NCBI RefSeq assembly: GCF_006345805.1
Contig: NW_021833508.1
Span: forward strand, 1-29,202
Source of the DNA: Octopus sinensis
Taxonomy: Eukaryota
Direction of reading: 5' to 3'
Length of the DNA stretch: 29,202 bases
The notes beneath the pieces are model-generated. The model worked only from the letters and a program-made list of their open reading frames with translations, did no database searches and had not been told where the DNA came from. A program made the translations under genes and the position numbers. Below, one piece after another: positions 14,748-24,154 of the stretch; within the stretch, counting starts at the first letter, position 1; every line of letters begins with the position of its first letter.

Positions 14748-15496
14748 CCACCATTACCACCCCACCACCACCACCACTATCATCATCATCATCATCACCA
14801 ACACCATCATCATCACCATCATCACATCACCATCACCATCATCAATCTCATCATCATCATCATCTCATCACCACCACCACCACCATCATCACCACCATTA
14901 CCACCCCACCACCACCACTATCATCATCATCATCATCACCAACACCATCATCATCACCATCATCACCATCACCATCACCATCATCATCGTCATCATCATC
15001 ACCTTCACCATCATCACCACCACCACCATCATCATCATCATCTCATCATCCTCATCATCCTCATCATCACCGAGCGGTGCATCTCGCAAACACACAAAAG
15101 AAATAAAACAAAACGCAGAAAACGTCGGTATTTCTCCGATTAATTTTAATGATAAATGCATTCTTTTAGCTAAACAAACCACCACCATCACCATCACCAT
15201 CACCATCACCATCACCATCAACAGCACCACCGCTACTATCATCATCATATCATCATCATCATCATTATCATCATCATCATCGTCGTCGTCGTCGTCGTCG
15301 TGGCAGTCACAAACACAAACACGCCGCCGCTAACACCTTGATCATCACTTTCGCTATCCTCATCATGCCGTCGAAGCCGGCGAAGCCGCCGCCACCTACA
15401 CCTCGACCTCCACCGCCAACACCCTCGCTACCGCCACGAGCTCTACTAATCGCAACCACCATCATTGACACCACCACCACCACCACCACCACCACC

Positions 15497-15527
<31 letters not shown>

Positions 15528-15622
15528 TCATCAAGATCACTACATTCTCAACTATAACCAAGTGAAACCACCGTCAGTACCGCATCACATCCACCGCCAC
15601 CGACACCATCATCACCATCATC

Positions 15623-15654
<32 letters not shown>

Positions 15655-15821
15655 CATTTTTCTGGACCACCACTACCCTCCTCCACACCACCACCATAAC
15701 CACCACCATCATCATCATCGTCATTCATCATCATCATCAAGATCACTACATTCTCAACTATAACCAAGTGAAACCACGTCGTACCGCATCACATCCACCG
15801 CCACCGACCATCATCATCATC

Positions 15822-15853
<32 letters not shown>

Positions 15854-15903
15854 CATTTTTTTTCTGGACCACCACTACCTCCACCACCACCACCATAACC
15901 ACC

Positions 15904-15934
<31 letters not shown>

Positions 15935-16252
15935 TCAAGATCACTACATTCTCAACTATAACCAAGTGAAACCACCGTCAGTACCGCATCACATCCACCG
16001 CCACCGACACCATCATCATCATCATCTCATCACCATCATCATCATCATCATCATCATCATTTTTCTGGACCACCACTACCTCCACCACCACCACCACCAT
16101 AACCACCACCACCACCACCACCACCACCACCATCATCATCATCGTCATTCATCATCATCATCAAGATCACTACATTCTCAACTATAACCAAGTGAAACCA
16201 CCGTCAGTACCGCATCACATCCACCGCCACCGACACCATCATCACCATCATC

Positions 16253-16284
<32 letters not shown>

Positions 16285-16438
16285 CATTTTTCTGGACCAC
16301 CACTACCTCCACCACCACCACCATAACCACCACCATCATCATCGTCGTCATCATCATCATCATCAAGATCACTACATTCTCAACTATAACCAAGTGAAAC
16401 CACCGTCAGTACCGCATCACATCCACCGCCACCGACAC

Positions 16439-16473
<35 letters not shown>

Positions 16474-16539
16474 CCATCATTATCATCATCATCATTTTTC
16501 TGGACCACCACTACCTCCACCACCACCACCATAACCACC

Positions 16540-16570
<31 letters not shown>

Positions 16571-16659
16571 TCAAGATCACTACATTCTCAACTATAACCA
16601 AGTGAAACCACCGTCAGTACCGCATCACATCCACCGCCACCGACACCATCATCATCATC

Positions 16660-16691
<32 letters not shown>

Positions 16692-16800
16692 CATTTTTCT
16701 GGACCACCACTACCTCCACCACCACCACCACCATAACCACCACCACCACCACCACCACCACCACAACCATCATCATTATCTTTCTATCGCCACCACCATC
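13826..16800. repeat. 3-kb CAG/CAC/CAT triplet-rich composite tandem array
   Basis: (CAG)n at 13826, (CAT/CAC)n 14170-15060 with three related units (anchors 14511, 14752, 14896), then six ~205-bp units at 15532-16790. Confidence 0.95.
15532..16790. repeat. six-unit minisatellite: conserved 76-bp core and second anchor separated by variable (CAT)/(CAC) runs
   Basis: Core CAAGATCACTACATTCTCAACTATAACCAAGTGAAACCACCGTCAGTACCGCATCACATCCACCGCCACCGACACC starts at 15532, 15738, 15936, 16162, 16364 and 16572 (periods 206, 198, 226, 202, 208). Second anchor TTTTCTGGACCACCACTACC occurs in each unit. Confidence 0.95.
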
Positions 16801-17429
16801 ACAACTACCATCTACAACGTTACAGCCAACATCATCATCATCATCCTCATCACGATCATAGAGACATCGCTTGGAGCATCAACACCATTATCAATGCCAC
16901 CAGCAGCAACAGCACCACCACTTCCACCACTCGCATAAACAACAACAATAATAACGAGGATGACGACAATAACAACAACAACAACACTAAACGAACATCT
17001 TAAACACATAAGGGGAGCTAAAAATGCGAAGGGTCACACACACACACACAAACACACGCACAAAGACTAATAATGAAAAACACACACCAAAAAACCCCTC
17101 CTGAAAAAGAATGGATCAACAACTTCAAACACATACACACATATACCTACACACATAACACACATACCCAGTACACACACACACACACACACATACACAT
17201 GCATACGCACACACTAAAAGACATTCCAGTCTAGGAAGCTTCTTCAAGGAGAATGTCGTGGAATTTAATGCAAGCAAAAACCAGAATTCTTCTGGCGCCA
17301 TTCCAACAGATTTTACTTCCAATTTCGAATCTCTTAATTAGTTGAATAATAGAATTGGATTTGTTCCAGTTTAAATAATGTTTTGTGTGGGGATGGGGTG
17401 GGGGGTACGGTGGAGAAGAAGAGGGGTGG

Positions 17430-18251
17430 AGATCTGCAACTGTATATATGTATGTATGTCTGTATGTCTAAATATATATATGTATATATATACACATACA
17501 TACGTACATACATACATACATACATCCATACATACATACGTACACATATATATATATATACACATACATATATATATTTATATATATATATATCATATAT
17601 ATATATATAATATATATATATATATATACATACATACACATATATACATATATACATATTTATATATATATATACATACGTATACGTGTGTGTGTGTAGT
17701 ACATATAATATTGAATATAAACGCGCGTACACGTAATACGTAATATATGTATATGTGTAAATATATATATATAATGTTGCCTATACACACACACACACAT
17801 ATGTATATATATATATACATATACATACGTGTGTGTATGTATATGTATATGCAAACACAAACACACATACACAATATACAAACACAGACATATGCATGTA
17901 TTATATTACGTATATAAACATACATATACGCATATATGAGTATATCTCTATATCGATGTGTATGCACACACCAAATACCTACACATGTATGCACACACAC
18001 AACCATGCTGATGTATGCATACAATGATCATATTAATTTTGGCGTGATATGCACATTATTAAATCTAAGTACACATACATTTATGCCTACGTATGTAGGT
18101 ATGAACAAGCGCTCATGTATAAGTACATGTGAGAGTAAACTTATGAACAGCAATTTTCATTTGTATTTGTTCATAATGGCTACATTATTGTTAAGGTGTC
18201 ATACGAATCTATCCTTATATGTATATATGTGTATGTATGAGTGTATATGTA

Positions 18252-18286
<35 letters not shown>

Positions 18287-18293
18287 TATATAT

Positions 18294-18343
<50 letters not shown>

Positions 18344-18464
18344 ACATATATATACATATATGCATACATATATATACATATATATAGGCAAATGTATATA
18401 TAAATATATATATATGCATGTTTATATATATGTATATATATATGTGTGTGTATATACATGTATG

Positions 18465-18516
<52 letters not shown>

Positions 18517-18550
18517 AATATATATATATATACATATGTGTGTGTATGTA
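17430..18550. repeat. degenerate (TA)/(CA)/(TACA) microsatellite field
   Basis: Direct reading. Confidence 0.9.
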
Positions 18551-18829
18551 TACACTGCTTAACATGTGATATTTTTCATATCAATGTGAAACACAAATGA
18601 TTTGAAGACATAATCCTAACGAGCCCCACCCCCACACTTACACACGTATACACACACACATAGTTTATTCTACTAGTTTTGTAGCATTGTGTACGCTAGT
18701 TTCCAAAAATTTGGACATCTCGATCACCGATAGTTTCTATCGTATTAATGAAATATAATCAAGATGGTGAGAGCATCATTTAAAGTGTCATACCAGCGAT
18801 GTTCTTTCTTTCTCCAAACCACAATAGAA

Positions 18830-19050
18830 AATGAGGCAGCTGTATTCTAGAGGCATGTATAGAGATGACGGCTTAATGACTTCCAAGGGGGATACAGATT
18901 TTCCAAGAGAATGAAGCTGCAGCCATCAATCGCGGGGAATGAATATAATCACAAAGTTTAGACTTTAGTTAGTTATACGAAATGAACTTGATATCTACAC
19001 ACTTTCGGGATGCTACGATGAAAATAAGCCTAGAATCCTTGGAAACATAT
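18830..19050 (+). pseudogene. possible highly decayed Penelope-like reverse transcriptase fragment
   Basis: GMYRDDGL at 18852-18875 matches the GLYRDDGL form of the RT catalytic motif in some Penelope-like clades. Downstream frameshifted pieces KFRL*LVI and HFRDATM loosely match K.GL.ITI and NFLDVTL. Short and broken. Confidence 0.3.
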
Positions 19051-19302
19051 ATAAAATCTGACAACTTTAAGTTGTGTGGAGCTGATTCAAGCTGTTAATG
19101 AAAATATATGTAACTCCTACAAAATGTGTTAAGTGCTGCTTTCTTTCGTGTATTTACTCACTCGTTTATGTATATATGTGTGAATGCCTGTTTGTATGCA
19201 TGTGTATATATGCATATATGCACTTATATAAACATACACATATATGTATATACAGATAGATGAATAAATGTATATGCATGCATATGTATATATGCAAGCA
19301 CA

Positions 19303-19333
<31 letters not shown>

Positions 19334-19842
19334 GTATCTTATACAAGTTCTCGAAGACGCACTTTCCGTATATACACACAGATCAATGAGATAGCAAATC
19401 CAGTCAGACTACTGTGTGATCTTTATACAGCCACAAATGAACAATATATTCTTATTAGAGGGCAACTCCCAATTTCTTGATGAAATCTTGATTAAACAAA
19501 TTTGCGCATAAAGAATTTGTGATGTATGTACAAACAACACTAGCTGTAATATTTTGTCTCAGAACGCTTTGTGTTAAAAGTGCAAAGTACACTCAAAATG
19601 ACGTTAGCATATCGTCAGATACTGGCGTTTTGGCATGATTTGGTCTCGTCAGTGACGAACAACACGGAATTCTACGCAGGAAACTTTGTTACAATGTAAA
19701 ACTTAGTAAAGAATAAAGCTGCTCTCTTCTTCAGAAGCCGGTCAAGAATAAATTTAATCAATACATGCTCATAAAATGGTATTAGGTTAAAATAACAATG
19801 GATAAGAGGTTTTTTTTTGTTTTGTTTATACAATCGTAGAAC

Positions 19843-20281
19843 CTTTTTCTACTCTAGGCACAAGGACCGAAATTTGCGAGGGGGAAGGCCAGTCGATTAG
19901 ATCGACCCCAGTATGCAACTGGTACTTAATTCATCGACCCCGAAGAGATGAAAGGCAAAGTCAACCTCAGCAGAATTTGAACTCAGAACGTAAAGACCGA
20001 CGAAATACTGCTAAGCATTGCACTCGGCATTCTAATGTTTCTTAATTCTTTATTTTCCACAAGGGGCTAAACATAGAGGGGAGAAACAAGGACAGATAAA
20101 GGGATTAAGTCGATTACATCGACCCCAGTGCGTAACTGGTACTTAATTTATCGACCCCGAAAGGATGAAAGGCAAAATTGACCACGGCGGAATATGAACT
20201 CAGAATGTAACTGCAGATGAAATACCGCTAAGCTTTTCGCCCGGTGTGCTAATGTTCCTACCAGCTCGCCGCCTTCAATTG
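19843..20281 (-). mobile_element. tandem or nested pair of family C tRNA-SINEs with two different 3' tails inside one TSD
   Basis: Head AAGGCGGCGAGCTGG at about 20275; first copy has tail ...TTTAGCCCCTTGTGG; second copy (19843-20040) lacks its first ~20 nt and has tail ...CCTTGTGCCTAGAGTAGAAAAAG. 16-bp direct repeat TATACAA(T/C)CGTAGAAC at 19827-19842 and 20282-20297. Confidence 0.85.
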
Positions 20282-20392
20282 TATACAACCGTAGAACGGC
20301 GCTAGATTAGATAATATTTATTAGAATGCCATATTTATATAAATTAGTGATTATTTAAACAACCTTAAATTGGTACCTGTTGTAGAGATCAG

Positions 20393-21092
20393 TGAAGGCG
20401 CCTGGCTTACTGGTTAGGGAATTTAGTTTACGATCATAAGGACGTGTGTTCAATTCCCGGCGACGCGTTGGGTCCTTGAGCAAGACACTTTATTTCACGT
20501 TGCTCCAGACCACTCATTTGGCAAAAATGAGTAGTAGTTGCACTTTAAAAAGAGCCAGACTTGTCGCAATTTGTGTCACGTTGAGTCTTTCTGAGAACTA
20601 CATTAAGTGTACGTGTGTCTGTGGAGTGCACAGTCACATTCACATTAATTTCACAAGCAGGCTGTTACGTTGATCGGATCAACTGGAACCCTCGTCGTCG
20701 TAACAGATTAATGAGATTATGTGGCCTTTCTATAGTTGCATACTGGGGTCGATCTAATCGACTGGCCTTCCCCCTCCCAAATTTCGGTCCTTGTGCCTAG
20801 AGTAGAAAAAGGTTCTACGATTGTATAAACAAAACAAAAAAACTCCTATACAGCTGATCTGAAAGAAGATAAAACTGAAATATGATACCCCTTTAATGTA
20901 CTTTATATACGATAGATATATATTTTATCATTTAATTCCAATATATCGTCACCGCAATATATTTACACGCACAGAATCATGCATTTTCTCCATCAAACAC
21001 TTTAGAATATTTATCAATAAGTGCCTGACGAAGCATAAAATTTATTTACATTGTTTACATTTTACGGATATTTGTCTTCATCTTGTTTGTTG
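20393..21092 (+). mobile_element. composite insertion: family D tRNA-SINE plus three segments matching nearby DNA, bounded by a 14-bp direct repeat
   Basis: GTTGTAGAGATCAG at 20379-20392 and 21093-21106. SINE 20396 to about 20708 (TGGCTTACTGG, GTTCAATTCC, GTCCTTGAGCAAGACAC). 20709-20734 is the reverse complement of 22171-22196; 20734-20842 is the reverse complement of 19812-19920; 20843-21092 resembles 22441-22693. Confidence 0.8.
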
Positions 21093-21275
21093 GTTGTAGA
21101 GATCAGCTAGACGGCGTGAGCGAACATCCGATCAAAATTCGAAGAAAATATCTACGCAGAACGAATATGAAATTTGCAGCTTTTATACGTAAGGATTTTT
21201 TGAAGTACAATAAATATATATGGTTTGTCCTTTTTATTATCCAAATTGCAACGGTTTCGCTTAGCTTCATTATTA

Positions 21276-21906
21276 TTGGGTTGTCCGGAAAGTTCGTGCC
21301 GATTTTTAAAGGAAAGAAAAAGGTCAATAAATACTTGCCATTACATTTTTAATGAACCAAATATGAATCATTTGGTTGCACAACGCATCTCCATCTTTCC
21401 GTTACCTTGAAAATACCCTCTTCACAGAATTGAGTTGGTTTCATGGCAAAGAATTAATCAAGGTATCTTTTTACGTCATCCAAGGAATTGAAATTTTTAC
21501 CATTAAAACTATTCTTCAGAAACCTGAATAAGTGGAAATCCGAAGGAGCAATATCTAGTGAATATGGAGGGTGGAGTAACACATCCCAGCCGAGCTGCAG
21601 TAATTTTTGTCTGGTTCCCAAAGCATCAAGTGCCGAAAATGAACTTTCTTATGTTCCATTTTAAAGGATTGTAGAATTAACACAGGTTAGAGGAACATAA
21701 ATCTTCTTCCACGAAAACATAGCTTAAAGTGTGCTCTAAATGGAGGTGTAGTCAAATCCTATTTTATGGACTCAAACATGTTCTATGGACTCAACCATGT
21801 TCTAAGTCGAAAAGTACCTTTCGACTTATTTTAGAACATGGTTGAGTCCATAAAATAGGATTTGACTACACCTCCATTTAGAGCACGAACTTTCTGGACA
21901 ACCCAA
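21276..21906 (-). mobile_element. internally deleted mariner with both TIRs and TA target duplication
   Basis: TIRs TTGGGTTGTCC(G/A)GAAAGTTCGTGC at 21276-21299 and 21883-21906; TA at 21274-21275 and 21907-21908. ATG at 21657-21659 gives MEHKKVHFRHLMLWE, joined out of frame near 21616 to TRQKLLQLGWDVLLHPPYSLDIAPSDFHLF...ERWRCVV. Confidence 0.92.
21731..21886. repeat. 156-bp near-perfect palindrome in the mariner 5' UTR
   Basis: GTGCTCTAAATGGAGGTGTAGTCAAATCCTATTTTATGGACTCA from 21731 is the exact reverse complement of the sequence ending at 21886. A 19-bp tandem duplication sits in the left arm; the centre is TAAGTCGAAA-AGTACC-TTTCGACTTA. Confidence 0.95.
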
Positions 21907-22644
21907 TAGAAACTAGTTCCTTCCTGATAGTTGAAATTCAAATACCGATGTATGTTTTTAAATTCTTAAATATTAAAAAGAACTGACCTACGACTAACGC
22001 AGCCATGTTATGAATCGGAAATTGAGTGTTTTAGGCTAAGGAGTTTGATAAGCGTAAGTGCGAGGCAAATAATTGTTACTAATAATTATATTGAAAACAA
22101 GCCAAAATATCAACGTCACACTCTGTTTGCACAAGCTGGCGAAAAGTTGCTTACGATGCATTGGCAGGTATATAGAAAGGCCACATAATCTCATTATGTT
22201 CTCTTCCCCCAGCTTACATAATCCCCACTTGATATAAGCTTGATATCTATTATTTAATGACTGTTACATTTAAGAAACAGGTTTTTAATAATTTAGGAAC
22301 GTAAAACATTCGTCCTCCCATCAGCTATTTACAATGAGTTGATAACAACAAAATCATAGCGATGGTGAACCACCTTGAGGCCGTACATAAAAGCATAAGT
22401 TTTGCATCCTATACGGCAATTCACTTGACCAAAATAGAAACCCCTATACACCTGATCTGAAAGAAGATAAAACTGAAATATGATACCCCTGTAATGTAGT
22501 TTAAATACGACTGATAAATGTTTTATCATTTTATTCCAATATATTATCAACACATTATGTTTACACGCACAGAATCATGCATTTTCTCCATCAAACACTT
22601 TAGAATATTTATCAATAAGTGCTTGGCAAAACATACGAAATTTA

Positions 22645-22890
22645 TTTACATTATTTACATTTGCCGGATATTTGTCCTCATCTTGTTTGTTGTTAATGCA
22701 ACGTTTAGGCTGATATACCCTCCAAACTTCATCAGGTGTCTTGGGGAAATTTCGAACCTGGGTTTTCATTCCTCAGGAATTTTTGATGTTGTTGTTGTTG
22801 TTGTTGTTGTTGTTATTATTCAGGTTACTGCCTGGAATCGAACTCGGAATCTTGGGGTTAGTAGCCCGAGCTCTTTACCACTACGCTATT
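22645..22890 (-). mobile_element. tRNA-headed short element with hammerhead-like body (family E), full length, ribozyme core mutated
   Basis: Minus strand: A-box TAGCGTAGTGG (22878-22888), loop CTACTAA, B-box GTTCGATTC (22835-22843), (AAC)n linker, body with GACAC-CTGATGA-A-GTTTGG...TCAGCC-TAAAC-GTT-GCATT (22695-22740), then (AATGTAAAT)n tail. Confidence 0.85.
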
Positions 22891-23067
22891 CAACATCGAA
22901 AAATACCTTAGGAATGAGAACCCAGGTTCGAAATTTCCCCAAGACACCTGATGAAGGTTGGCGGGTAAATCAGCTGAAACGTTGTGTTGGCAACAAACAA
23001 GATGGGGACAAATATCCGTCAAATGTAAATAATGTAAATAATGTACATAATACCTCATCTCTCAAAT
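22891..23067 (+). mobile_element. headless inverted copy of family E with 3' extension
   Basis: Starts at the linker end (CAACATCGAAAAATACC) directly against the tRNA head of the minus copy; extends about 22 nt beyond the tail repeat. 12-bp direct repeat ATACGAAATTTA at 22633-22644 and 23068-23079 brackets both copies. Confidence 0.85.
22943..22988 (+). ncRNA. type I hammerhead ribozyme motif, Penelope-associated minimal form
   Basis: Stem I GACAC/GTGTT; core CTGATGA plus one extra A; stem II GGTTGG/TCAGCT with 8-nt loop; GAAA; palindromic ACGT as helix III; predicted cleavage after GTT (22983). Confidence 0.7.
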
Positions 23068-23268
23068 ATACGAAATTTACTTAATTTTTTCCGCAATGTA
23101 TGTTTGTAAAATAGGGTTGCCTCTTATGTGGAGATGCGTCTTATAGGCCGGCGAATATGGTAATTTAGAAAGAAAGATGCATTTATGCAAACACACATAT
23201 TATGTATATGTGTATACCCACGAACACACACACACACACACACACCACACACCACACACACACATATA

Positions 23269-23302
<34 letters not shown>

Positions 23303-23307
<5 letters not shown>

Positions 23308-23951
23308 AAAGATAAATGCGATACAATAAAATTAATTATAATCGCCGGTGTACCAGTACACGCCATATATTATACTATATCATTACATTCAAGGCGAAGA
23401 GTGCACTAGATCACAATAGCTGGATAAATTAGTGAGATGAGAATTAAAAACTTTTACAAACTTAACTTTTCTTATACTGCAGTTTCGCCAAATTCAGTAA
23501 TAAAAATAGTATTTATTTACTCAGGCGGCTCTTCAGTAAGATTCCTGTTAATGATGGAAAGACCATATCAATAGATCCATGTGCGTCTATCGAAATGCTC
23601 TTTCTAAACTATTCAAAACACTGCGCAGACTCCGAACAAACCCGACAAAATAGGGGATTGTGGTATATCGTCTAACGGTCAGAAATTATCGAGAGAATAT
23701 GTAAACAAAGATTAAATGCGATACAATTAAAATTAATTATAATCGCCGGTGTACCAGTACACGCCATATATATACATTATATCATTACATTCAAGGCGAA
23801 GAGTGCACTAGATACACAATAGCTGGATAAATTTAGTGAGATGAGAATTAAAAACTTTTACAACTTAACTTTTCTTATACTGCAGTTTCGCCAAATTCAG
23901 TAATAAAAATAGTATTTATTTACTCAGGCTGGCTCTTCAGTAAGATTCCTG
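23303..23951. repeat. two direct copies of about 245-250 bp (23303-23547 and 23702-23951) differing only by indels
   Basis: Manual alignment gives 8 small indel events and no substitutions. Confidence 0.92.
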
Positions 23952-23955
23952 GGTG

Positions 23956-23999
<44 letters not shown>

Positions 24000-24000
<1 letters not shown>

Positions 24001-24150
24001 CTGAGTTTGGCTTAGTGATTAAATTGTTGCGCTCACGTTGCTCTGCGATCGATCACTTCAACACCTGACACGTGGCACACAGTGCGCCTTTTCAGACAAC
24101 GTGGATTTGGCGGAGAGAGTGAACTAATGTGCGGTACGAACATTTGATGT
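24000..24150 (+). mobile_element. possible decayed SINE fragment
   Basis: tRNA-head-like TTTGGCTTAGTGATTAAATTGTTGCGCTCACG; remainder not alignable within the window. Confidence 0.3.
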
Positions 24151-24154
24151 TACA

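Noticed and set aside
15532-16790. CRISPR array
   Set aside because: Repeat is 76 bp, spacers are homologous triplet runs, no cas genes, and the context is eukaryotic.
22821-22890. Functional tRNA gene
   Set aside because: A and B boxes are present, but acceptor, anticodon and T stems are mismatched, and it runs into (AAC)n and a repeat body; treated as a SINE head.
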